This document shows, one piece after another, positions 34,625 to 42,241 of a stretch of 64,000 nt of DNA. This DNA is from a virus, in IMG/VR virus record IMGVR_UViG_3300030108_004965, positions 64,001 through 128,000 of that record. One strand, given 5' to 3'. The notes under the pieces are model-generated. The model did no database searches. It saw only the letters and a list, made by a program, of their open reading frames with translations, and had not been told where the DNA came from. Both the position numbers and the translations under genes were made by a program. How positions within the stretch are numbered: position 1 is the first letter of the stretch; every line of letters begins with the position of its first letter.

Positions 34625-34782
34625 ATTACCTCCAACAGATCCTTGTGGATACGGAATGTTAGGTTCGGTTTCCTCGATCTGTTCTTCTTATGAATAAAAA
34701 CAGCACAGTGTGTCGAAGATGCACTGACAACGATACCTATTTCTTTTGTGCTTTTGGTCATTACCAAATCTCCTGATTTCAT
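34621..34782 (-). CDS. KOW/SH3-like mini-protein (GDLV family, 53 aa)
   Basis: Manual ORF MKSGDLVMTKSTKEIGIVVS...LLEVI*. Confidence 0.75.
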   Translation of the reverse strand: MKSGDLVMTKSTKEIGIVVSASSTHCAVFIHKKNRSRKPNLTFRIHKDLLEVI

Positions 34783-35120
34783 GATGCTTTCCCCTTGTGA
34801 TTAGAGTTGCCGATGTTCTCTCCAACCTTGGAGAAAGCCACGTTATTAAGACCGCCACGACGTTGGTTATTCCAGCCTCTGTTGGCTTCCCAAGTCTTGC
34901 CGTAAATCTCTGCGTCATCCTCGCTGTCGAAGCGTAGGATCTGCATAGCCGCCATCTTACCATCACCGGTAGTGAAGGCACGAACTCTGCTCTTGATTTC
35001 AAGACCAAGTTCCTCGACGCAATCGGGACACTCGTTGATCTTGCCACCTGCCCGTCGCTTTTTAGGGCATTGCAAACTAAAGTCATCACCGCAGTGAATA
35101 CATTCTCTTATGTGTCTCAT
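34779..35120 (-). CDS. zinc-ribbon protein
   Basis: ECIHCG...ECPDC; GGAGG RBS. Confidence 0.7.
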   Translation of the reverse strand: MRHIRECIHCGDDFSLQCPKKRRAGGKINECPDCVEELGLEIKSRVRAFTTGDGKMAAMQILRFDSEDDAEIYGKTWEANRGWNNQRRGGLNNVAFSKVGENIGNSNHKGKAS

Positions 35121-35176
35121 TTGACACCTCCGTTTTGTTTGGGTTATACTATATCGTATCACGTTGTTAAAATAAA

Positions 35177-35401
35177 TCAAGGACAAATTATGTCCGAAAA
35201 TGCTTTGTAGAGTGCTGGTGTCCAGTCGCTCGGCTTTATCTCATAGTGAAACATTGATTTCCAAGTCTCACTACAAGTGAAGTCTCCATCGTTCCAAGCC
35301 ACTTGGAACATCTCACGATCATCATCATAATCGACAACAATCCCAATGAAAACGTCATCTGTGTCGCTTCTTACGAAGTCTCCGATCTTGAAGTTATTCA
35401 T
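35177..35401 (-). CDS. KOW/SH3-like mini-protein (GDLV family)
   Basis: FKIGDFVR...IGIVVD...VAWNDG. Confidence 0.75.
   Translation of the reverse strand: MNNFKIGDFVRSDTDDVFIGIVVDYDDDREMFQVAWNDGDFTCSETWKSMFHYEIKPSDWTPALYKAFSDIICP
35181..35195. promoter_or_regulatory. palindromic operator GGACA-W5-TGTCC
   Basis: GGACAAATTATGTCC abutting TTGATT / TGaTACGAT promoter. Confidence 0.75.
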
Positions 35402-35603
35402 AGATACCCCCAAGATGCCTAATTTCATCCGTGTAGTGTGGCTGGATGCGTTCATCATAAACTCCATTCAGCCACTCAACAAGGACTTGTCCATAGCCTT
35501 CTTCTGTTATCACCATGCCTATCGGCAATGTAACATCATTTTCCGATGGATCTGGTGTCCAATGTGCGTCATAAACTAAATCACCAATCTTGAACTCACT
35601 CAT
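35394..35603 (-). CDS. KOW/SH3-like mini-protein (GDLV family)
   Basis: FKIGDLVY...IGMVIT...VEWLNG. Confidence 0.75.
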   Translation of the reverse strand: MSEFKIGDLVYDAHWTPDPSENDVTLPIGMVITEEGYGQVLVEWLNGVYDERIQPHYTDEIRHLGGIYE

Positions 35604-35853
35604 AATCGCCTCCATCACTGTCGATACCTCCGAAAATCTTCGGATTTCTTTCTTGAACCTGCTTCATACATCGCACTGCTTGCTCATACTGCTCTCTGTA
35701 TTCGTCATTAGGTTCTATCTGATACATAAGTTGCAACTCATGCACACGTTCTTTTATTGCAGTTAGAATAAGAATGTCAACCTGCTCATGTATTGTTGGT
35801 TCTCTTCCTAAGATGGTTTCTAACTCTTGGTTCATTTTTTTAATCGCACTCAT
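35596..35853 (-). CDS. hypothetical protein (85 aa)
   Basis: ORF track, helical. Confidence 0.65.
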   Translation of the reverse strand: MSAIKKMNQELETILGREPTIHEQVDILILTAIKERVHELQLMYQIEPNDEYREQYEQAVRCMKQVQERNPKIFGGIDSDGGDYE

Positions 35854-36085
35854 GGCTATCTCCTTTGATTTCCTTGCAATACTTGATAAGACCTTTGTCC
35901 ATCAAGACAGTTTCGTTCTTGATTATATCGTGAAAGCGGTAGTTGTTTATCACAATACCATCGCTCCTTTTTATTGTTTCTTCTCCTATAAATAGAAGCA
36001 TATCCCAGCCACGATCCCATGAGTTGTTATCATAGTTCCATTGGTTCGTTCGCCAACGGCATTTGTATAATAATCCTGCTGTCAT
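35840..36085 (-). CDS. hypothetical protein (81 aa)
   Basis: First gene of the module; GGAGG RBS and promoter. Confidence 0.7.
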   Translation of the reverse strand: MTAGLLYKCRWRTNQWNYDNNSWDRGWDMLLFIGEETIKRSDGIVINNYRFHDIIKNETVLMDKGLIKYCKEIKGDSHECD

Positions 36086-36163
36086 TTTGTCCTCCTGACT
36101 TTGGGTTATACTATATTGTATCCCGTTGTGGTTCAGTTGTCAAATCTTTTCTGTTTCTTTTCC

Positions 36164-36178
36164 GGACATTTTTTGACC
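36164..36178. promoter_or_regulatory. palindromic operator (GGACA-W5-TGACC)
   Basis: CGGACATTTTTTGACCG ~20 bp upstream of TTGACA. Confidence 0.7.
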
Positions 36179-36227
36179 GCCTCACATGTGATAATAAAAG
36201 GATCGCATACATGCGGAATGAGATTGC

Positions 36228-36511
36228 ATAGTTATGTTAAATAAATTTTTTTTTGGGGAAATACATAACATAGTTATGTAAAGTTTTTAGATGATAAAAG
36301 TTGTCAAAAAGTTGTCAAATCTTTGTTGCAAAAGGGTCAAAAACGTGTTATATTAGATAATACGGAGGCTTTTGTGTCAAGTGTTTTTTTACAAGGCTCA
36401 CATAGTTATGTTAAGTTTTTATGAGTTATGTAAAGTTTTTTAGACAAAAGCCATAGTTATGTAAAGTTTTTTGGATTTGTTTTACAGATCCCATAGTTAT
36501 GTAAAGTTTTT
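36228..36511. repeat. iteron-like direct repeat cluster 2 (6 x ATAGTTATGTAAAGTTTTT, some degenerate)
   Basis: Copies at 36228 (partial), 36270, 36402, 36422, 36453 and 36493; same orientation as cluster 1. Confidence 0.9.
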
Positions 36512-36828
36512 CAATCCTCATCATCAGAACTATCTTCCTCCCAAAATGAGGGGAAATATGCAAAGTGCCTGTACATTTCTGCGTAATAGGAATAGTCCGT
36601 TTCAAACAATTCACTTTTGAATTCGTAGTCTGGTGCAAAGCCTTTACATGCTACGGATGTTATTTCATTGTTATATACAATTCCATAAACTCCGCTCTCT
36701 AAACAAACACTATAATAAAATCCACGATTTTTATTGGAGCAAATAACAAATTCATCCGTGAGTATGATGCACGTTGATGTTGTTGTGCCATCAGAAATCA
36801 AAACAAGATCACCTTTTTCTACCTTCAC
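36511..36828 (-). CDS. hypothetical protein with GDLV/KOW-like N-terminus
   Basis: MKVEKGDLVLI. Confidence 0.65.
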   Translation of the reverse strand: MKVEKGDLVLISDGTTTSTCIILTDEFVICSNKNRGFYYSVCLESGVYGIVYNNEITSVACKGFAPDYEFKSELFETDYSYYAEMYRHFAYFPSFWEEDSSDDED

Positions 36829-37028
36829 TTGCTAGACCATTCGGCTAATTCATGATCCCAAAATGCCAACAAAGACATCGTGAGATCAAAAGCCTGCTGT
36901 TTGTCACTTTCTGATAGGTGTTCAAAATATTGTATCTTCAAACACTGATCGCATAGGCTATCCATGATTTGATCAAGGGTGGCGTAAGGAGGGGAGGAGG
37001 GTAGGGTAGTAGTAGGGTAGTAGGTCAT
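36825..37028 (-). CDS. hypothetical protein (67 aa)
   Basis: ORF track, ATGA overlaps on both sides. Confidence 0.55.
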   Translation of the reverse strand: MTYYPTTTLPSSPPYATLDQIMDSLCDQCLKIQYFEHLSESDKQQAFDLTMSLLAFWDHELAEWSSK

Positions 37029-37258
37029 GATTTGTCTTCTAAAATTTCAATTTGGCCATTTTCTACAAGCCTCTTGAAGGTGTCACCACCCATAACAACC
37101 ACATTACCATCATCATAAAAAATTTCGTAATTCGTTTTCCAATTGAACAAAGGTTGCTCTGTCCAAGTACCGGATTTAATCTCGCGATAGATAATTCCAA
37201 CACGCTTTCCGTCTTGTATAAGAGTCCCTAGTTTTACTATGTCAGAGTTTTTTTGCAT
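37025..37258 (-). CDS. KOW-like hypothetical protein
   Basis: KLGTLIQDGKRVGII...IFYDDG...IEIL. Confidence 0.65.
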   Translation of the reverse strand: MQKNSDIVKLGTLIQDGKRVGIIYREIKSGTWTEQPLFNWKTNYEIFYDDGNVVVMGGDTFKRLVENGQIEILEDKS

Positions 37259-37958
37259 CCCTCAAGACTACCCTTAAAGTTTCTTGATCCAAAGTTTTAA
37301 TGTTGGATGCAAGTGTTATATGTTCAATCAAAGATGGTAGACCAAAAGGTGCGCCGACTCTAATAGCCGAGAGGACCCCCAGTACCCTACCAGATTCATC
37401 AAACAAAACTGATCCTGAAGAACCCGGCCATGCAAATGTGTTAACCATTAGCGTATCATTGTGTGTGCCCGTTAATAACCCTTCGGAGATGTGCCACCCT
37501 TCTTTGGCTGGGTGCCCACAGTGGTAGACTTTCTCGCCCATCTGGTTGGTAATGTCTCTACGAAATGGTATTGCTTTTGTGTAATTTAATTTTTCTTTAG
37601 GAACAAGTATCGCTATATCTGTATTGTAGTCTGCCAAAATAACTACGGCTTCTGTCATTGCAAAGCCTCTTTCTATAATCGAAACCTCAGTGGCTCCATG
37701 AACAACGTGTGCTGCTGTCATGATGAACCTGTGCTTTCCTAGTTTAAAATAGTTGCCAGACCCTGTGCCGGCTGGTATGTCCCCTTCGAAACTTTGAATA
37801 GCAACTGATGACAGGTATGAAACTTTAAGTCCTCGTGGGGCAAATGGATCTAGTTCAGCAGTATAGCTATCATCATACTCCGGTGACAAATCAATGTCTA
37901 AATGAGCGTTGGCAGGTGGTGTACAAGCCAACATTATAAATAAAATAGTTTTAATCAT
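37242..37958 (-). CDS. trypsin-like serine protease, predicted lipoprotein
   Basis: TAAHV (His), DIAIL (Asp), PGSSGS (Ser); signal ending MLAC. Confidence 0.85.
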   Translation of the reverse strand: MIKTILFIMLACTPPANAHLDIDLSPEYDDSYTAELDPFAPRGLKVSYLSSVAIQSFEGDIPAGTGSGNYFKLGKHRFIMTAAHVVHGATEVSIIERGFAMTEAVVILADYNTDIAILVPKEKLNYTKAIPFRRDITNQMGEKVYHCGHPAKEGWHISEGLLTGTHNDTLMVNTFAWPGSSGSVLFDESGRVLGVLSAIRVGAPFGLPSLIEHITLASNIKTLDQETLRVVLRDAKKL

Positions 37959-37996
37959 TTTCTATTCCCCCCTATAAGTAACTAGGAATAAAAAAC

Positions 37997-38015
37997 AAAA
38001 AAACCCCGTAGGGTT
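37997..38015 (-). terminator. rho-independent terminator
   Basis: AACCC-UACG-GGGUU hairpin followed by U-tract. Confidence 0.7.
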
Positions 38016-38030
38016 GGGAAGGATAAAGAA

Positions 38031-38600
38031 TTACTTAACCGGGTGTATCGACGCAAACAGTATTGTGACAGCCTGCTTGATGTCTTTGTCTAAAATACTT
38101 GGCTTTAAATTCGTACATTTATCTGGGAACTTTTCTGTTATTTGTGTTGGTGGACGGCCAACTTGATTAATACTAGTTTCTTTTACTTGCTCTTTGCATT
38201 TCTCTAAAGAGTAAGACGATTTCGAAGCGCTTGCTATTAGTTGAGTGTTCTCGTCATACAGTTTCACAACAATTGTTGCAAAGTTCTCGGTTGTAAAGAT
38301 GTCAGTCACCATGACCCAGTGATAATTTTCAGACCCACACCTAAGTGGCCTACTGTAGTCGCAAGTAGTATCTAGAGCGTATTCTATTGTGTGCTTATCG
38401 TAGACCCTTAAATCTTGAGCACGATTGCTGCGCACAACCCAATGTGAATTTACATTTGCTGATGATACTAGGACGCTATTGATATAACTTTGATATCCGT
38501 TTAGTAGTGGATCGTGTATTGTTGGGGGAGCAACAAACACTTTTTCTGTTTCTTTTATTGGCTCTGCTGCGAGCATTAATGAAGTTACTAACCAATACAT
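38031..38600 (-). CDS. secreted hypothetical protein
   Basis: Short hydrophobic N-terminus, paired Cys. Confidence 0.6.
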   Translation of the reverse strand: MYWLVTSLMLAAEPIKETEKVFVAPPTIHDPLLNGYQSYINSVLVSSANVNSHWVVRSNRAQDLRVYDKHTIEYALDTTCDYSRPLRCGSENYHWVMVTDIFTTENFATIVVKLYDENTQLIASASKSSYSLEKCKEQVKETSINQVGRPPTQITEKFPDKCTNLKPSILDKDIKQAVTILFASIHPVK

Positions 38601-38602
38601 TT

Positions 38603-38950
38603 TTATTTCCTCCCATGATCATCTTGGATACGCACCACATCATGTATCTCACTAGTAGATACCTCAATGATCTTTACATCAGTTCCTTGGGAAGCGCAAA
38701 ATCTGTGTACAGTTAGTGGAGAGATGTGGTAAGTGTCTCCGGGATTTAAGATAAGTCTGGTTTCTTCTCTTCTAGATCCTTCTTCCAAGACCAATTCCAT
38801 AATACCCTCTAAAACCATAATTGTTTCCTCTTTCACTTTGTGAAATTGTAGAGACAACCTTTTTCCTTTTTTGATATGTAAGATTTTTCCAACATACTTT
38901 TCTGTTAGTGCCCAAATGTTTTCGTGGCCCCAAGGTTTATTAACAATCAT
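38603..38950 (-). CDS. cupin (mannose-6-phosphate isomerase type II-like)
   Basis: KPWG...GKRLSLQFH..KEE...HRF. Confidence 0.85.
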   Translation of the reverse strand: MIVNKPWGHENIWALTEKYVGKILHIKKGKRLSLQFHKVKEETIMVLEGIMELVLEEGSRREETRLILNPGDTYHISPLTVHRFCASQGTDVKIIEVSTSEIHDVVRIQDDHGRK

Positions 38951-39399
38951 TTTATCTCCTTCATATATAATCTAAGCGCAGTTTCAACTCTCTCCGCGTA
39001 TTCTTCAAGATTTATTTCTATTCCATTTTTGAGCGCATAATCATAACCTAAGTGCCAAGCAAGGGCTTCCTCAAATAATTGTATACGCCTGTGTTCTTTT
39101 AGTCTGTTGCTCTCGTGAAAAATAACGTGGCCTATCTCGTGAGCCAAAGATACAAGTTTTTCAAATTCATCTTGGTCATCTCCGATGTCTATTATACCTT
39201 CGCACTCTAACTCTTCTATTTCATCCTCCGGTGTAGGAACCCAATAGGAGTTTGATCCGGGGGCACACTCAACACTGATATTGAAATCATACTCTGCTCT
39301 CTCCATCAGTAGAGCAAATTTCTGTTTCAATATCTTTTTTGGTGAAGTACTTGATAAGATCCGTATAACCTCCAATGAATTTTTCTTCGCCTTTTTCAT
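38947..39399 (-). CDS. HExxH (IrrE/ImmA-like) hypothetical protein; start uncertain
   Basis: LAHEIGH...EEALAW; 5' end overlaps the glutaredoxin. Confidence 0.6.
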   Translation of the reverse strand: MKKAKKNSLEVIRILSSTSPKKILKQKFALLMERAEYDFNISVECAPGSNSYWVPTPEDEIEELECEGIIDIGDDQDEFEKLVSLAHEIGHVIFHESNRLKEHRRIQLFEEALAWHLGYDYALKNGIEINLEEYAERVETALRLYMKEIK

Positions 39400-39577
39400 T
39401 TATTTCAATAATCATAGGCACCGTATCATGTTTGTAAATAGATTTATAATACATTAACATCTGACTGCTGTGGTCCACGGAGCAGTATTCAAACGGCAAT
39501 GATCTTTCTATCATTTCCATTTTTGCCCGTAAACAAAACGGACATTCGTTCCAGCAAATAATTTTATAATATTTCAT
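39287..39577 (-). CDS. glutaredoxin
   Basis: CPFC, TVP, IGGY. Confidence 0.85.
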   Translation of the reverse strand: MKYYKIICWNECPFCLRAKMEMIERSLPFEYCSVDHSSQMLMYYKSIYKHDTVPMIIEINEKGEEKFIGGYTDLIKYFTKKDIETEICSTDGESRV

Positions 39578-39578
39578 T

Positions 39579-39857
39579 TCATCCTCTTAAAATTTGTCGC
39601 TTCTTAACTTTACCATTAACTTCTGATGGTGTGCCCACCACTGTCAGTATTCTTGTTTGATTCCCTTCAGACAAGACTATCCTACTGAACTTTACTCCTT
39701 CTACGAGACCCAAGTTCGTTACTTCGTTGACAAGATTTTGGTTTGCGTTTATGTCTTCCGATACAGAGATAATGTGTGCTGAGTTTATATAAATTTCATT
39801 TAAAAATGCAGTGCCTCCGCGCATACCTCTCTTTACTTCAACTAGTTTAATCAGCAC
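39579..39857 (-). CDS. FlbD/SwrD-like small protein
   Basis: MLIKL...IYINSAHIISVSE...IVLSEG...VVGTPSEV. Confidence 0.5.
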   Translation of the reverse strand: MLIKLVEVKRGMRGGTAFLNEIYINSAHIISVSEDINANQNLVNEVTNLGLVEGVKFSRIVLSEGNQTRILTVVGTPSEVNGKVKKRQILRG

Positions 39858-40095
39858 AAGCCACCTCCTGTATGTTGTGTCTTATATTTTTCGTAGGCAC
39901 AGTCCAATTGTCTCCGCCCATCATTACCAAGCATTGGTTGTTTTCTTTGAACTCTAAAAAGATAGCGACATTAGGCGCAGTTGTTTGGTAAAAATTAGAA
40001 AACAGATCATCTTTGCCGGGAATCCTAGGTCTGTTCATCAGTGTCCCCGCTGGGATCCATAGTAGGTCGCCCTTCTGGTACATTTTTCTCTCCAT
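39847..40095 (-). CDS. KOW-like hypothetical protein
   Basis: YQKGDLLWI. Confidence 0.6.
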   Translation of the reverse strand: MERKMYQKGDLLWIPAGTLMNRPRIPGKDDLFSNFYQTTAPNVAIFLEFKENNQCLVMMGGDNWTVPTKNIRHNIQEVACAD

Positions 40096-40351
40096 TATAA
40101 TAATTGTTCAAGCCAATCAATATGGCTTCGACATCGCCCATAATTAGATCTGCTATGTTCAATTTTTTACGCACTTTATCAAACATTTCTAAAATTAGGT
40201 CGTAGTTGTCGTTTGCCTCTTCGATGTTCTCGAGTGCTTTCTTCAATACATCACAGGCTTGTTTTAGTTCGAATTGGGCATTGTATCCCAAAGTTTCGGC
40301 TTGTTCAGGAACCTCTTCGATTTCCATCCCATAAGATATTCTTACTCTCAT
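40025..40351 (-). CDS. helical hypothetical protein
   Basis: ORF with GGAGG RBS. Confidence 0.65.
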   Translation of the reverse strand: MRVRISYGMEIEEVPEQAETLGYNAQFELKQACDVLKKALENIEEANDNYDLILEMFDKVRKKLNIADLIMGDVEAILIGLNNYYNGEKNVPEGRPTMDPSGDTDEQT

Positions 40352-40361
40352 TTTACCTCCA

Positions 40362-40622
40362 TTAAAATAAATTTGAGTATAATGCTTGGACTATCAGTCC
40401 GGTTATAGCAAGACCAAATGACCATATAAATTTCGACATGCCTGCTTGCCATTGCTCTAGGTCACGAACGCGAGCATACAAACCCTGCTCTGGATTGTAG
40501 ATTGCTTCTTTGATCTTTTTTACATCATCAAACATCTCTGCTTGTCTGTCAGCCATACGTTGAATTTGATGTGCAAGATCAACTATTGCATCTTTTAAGT
40601 CTTGGTGATCGTTCTCGCTCAT
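40362..40622 (-). CDS. coiled-coil protein with C-terminal TM (XhlA/holin-like)
   Basis: MSENDHQ...FIWSFGLAITGLIVQAL. Confidence 0.55.
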   Translation of the reverse strand: MSENDHQDLKDAIVDLAHQIQRMADRQAEMFDDVKKIKEAIYNPEQGLYARVRDLEQWQAGMSKFIWSFGLAITGLIVQALYSNLF

Positions 40623-40651
40623 AATCGTAAACCCTCTGATACTAAGTAGTA

Positions 40652-42220
40652 TCAACAAGCCACAATAGCATGGGACGTTGTCAATAAAGTTCCCGCAGCA
40701 CTCGTAGCATTACGCAAAGCGCACTTGGTAACTTTACAAGGATCAATGATTCCTTTCTCGTAGGTACTAGTCAGTTCCCTATTCAAAAAATCATAGCCAA
40801 TATCTCCCTCGCATGACTTTACGTTTTTAACTATAATGTCTGCAGACTCTCCAGCATTTGTTGCCATTTGTCTCAAAGGTACCTCGCATGCCTTTAGCAC
40901 CACTTGTGCACCCAGAGATTGTTCTTCATTGTCTGTCTCAACAAACAAGCCGGTGGTGGCTCTGAGTAAGGCTACTCCACCGCCCGGTACTATACCCTCT
41001 TCCTGCGCAGACCTAACAGCCTCTAGAGCATCATCAATACGGTGGCGCTTCTCAATCATTTCTACTTCAGTTTGAGCACCCACTTTGATCACCGCTACAC
41101 CCGATGCCAGTCTGGTTATTCTTTCCTGAAGTCTTTCGCACTCAGAAAGATTGTCTGTTTGTTTTATCAGTGCCTTTACGGTCTCGATTGTATCATCAAT
41201 CTTTTGATTATTTCCCTTGCCTCCGACAACTGTTGTCCAAGTCTTGGTTATATTAATGTTTTTGCATTGCCCAAAGTGATTGAGGGTAACATCTTTTAAG
41301 GTCAGAGAGTTCTCTCTTGTAATGAATGTTGCTCCTGTGCTGACGCACAAGTCCTTCATTATGTTTCTTCTCTCCTCTCCATACTTTGGTGCTTTGATAG
41401 CACACACCTTCATTGTACCACGGACTGCATTGGCAATGAAAGCAGCAAGGGCTTGACCTTCAATGTCGTTTGATATCAAAACCAATGGACGATTGTCTCT
41501 TGCGGCAAGTTCGAGTACTTTCATTACCTGTTCAATGTGTTCAACCTTTTCATCTGTCACAAGAATAAGCGGATTGTCATAGTTCACCATTGCGTTTCTT
41601 TGGTCTGTGATAAAGGTGTTGCTAGCATACCCAGAATCGAATCTAAAGCCTTCAATAAGGTCTAGTGATGTATTCATACTCCGAGCCTCTTCAACGAGCA
41701 CAGAACCATCTTTACCGGCTTTGTCAATAGCGGTTGCAATAAGTTTACCAATTGATTTATCATTGTTGGCAGAGATGGTTGCAATGTGTCTTATGTCCTC
41801 GACAGTTTGAATGGGTCTCGACATTTCTGTGAGTTTCTCTGTGATAACTTCGACTGCTTTATCCATGCCACGTTTTAATTCAACAGGAGATACACCTGCT
41901 GTCATATACTTTTGTGCTTCTTTTAAGATCGCACGAGACAATACTGTTGCGGTGGTTGTTCCATCACCAGCAGAGTTCACTGTTTCTTCTGCTGCTTGCT
42001 TGATCACTTGTGCTCCAAGGTTTTGGAACGGGTCTTCAAGTTCAATGAACTTTGCAATTGTCACACCATCTTTGGTGATGACAGGTAGATTCTCTTCTTT
42101 ATGGTATAGTGCTACATTCCGCCCTCGAGGACCGAGAGTGGTTGCAACATTATCCGCAAGAATGTCAACTCCCTCCAGAATCTTTTGGTTGAGAGTTTGT
42201 CCTTGGTCATAATGTTTCAT
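40652..42220 (-). CDS. groEL: group I chaperonin GroEL
   Basis: TLGPRGRNV, TKDGVT, GDGTTTA, GIVPGGG; lacks GGM tail. Confidence 0.97.
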   Translation of the reverse strand: MKHYDQGQTLNQKILEGVDILADNVATTLGPRGRNVALYHKEENLPVITKDGVTIAKFIELEDPFQNLGAQVIKQAAEETVNSAGDGTTTATVLSRAILKEAQKYMTAGVSPVELKRGMDKAVEVITEKLTEMSRPIQTVEDIRHIATISANNDKSIGKLIATAIDKAGKDGSVLVEEARSMNTSLDLIEGFRFDSGYASNTFITDQRNAMVNYDNPLILVTDEKVEHIEQVMKVLELAARDNRPLVLISNDIEGQALAAFIANAVRGTMKVCAIKAPKYGEERRNIMKDLCVSTGATFITRENSLTLKDVTLNHFGQCKNINITKTWTTVVGGKGNNQKIDDTIETVKALIKQTDNLSECERLQERITRLASGVAVIKVGAQTEVEMIEKRHRIDDALEAVRSAQEEGIVPGGGVALLRATTGLFVETDNEEQSLGAQVVLKACEVPLRQMATNAGESADIIVKNVKSCEGDIGYDFLNRELTSTYEKGIIDPCKVTKCALRNATSAAGTLLTTSHAIVAC

Positions 42221-42241
42221 TGTTCCTCCATTGTTTTATAT

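Noticed and set aside
31887-34782. CRISPR array (34-bp repeats with unique spacers)
   Set aside because: Spacers are ~115-145 bp, variable in length and form intact ORFs with the repeats. The repeats are degenerate and non-palindromic, and there are no cas genes in the window.
16632-35603. Diversity-generating retroelement or classical integron behind the GDLV diversity
   Set aside because: No reverse transcriptase, no TR/VR pair differing only at adenines, and no integron integrase or attC-like palindromes in the window. An enzyme elsewhere in the genome cannot be excluded.
16040-36511. DnaA boxes in the repeat clusters
   Set aside because: I found no TTATCCACA-type 9-mers there; the repeat unit is a different sequence.
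36990-37025. Purine/G-rich tract as a separate regulatory element
   Set aside because: It is explained by the Pro/Thr/Tyr-rich N-terminus (MTYYPTTTLPSSPP) of ORF 36825..37028.
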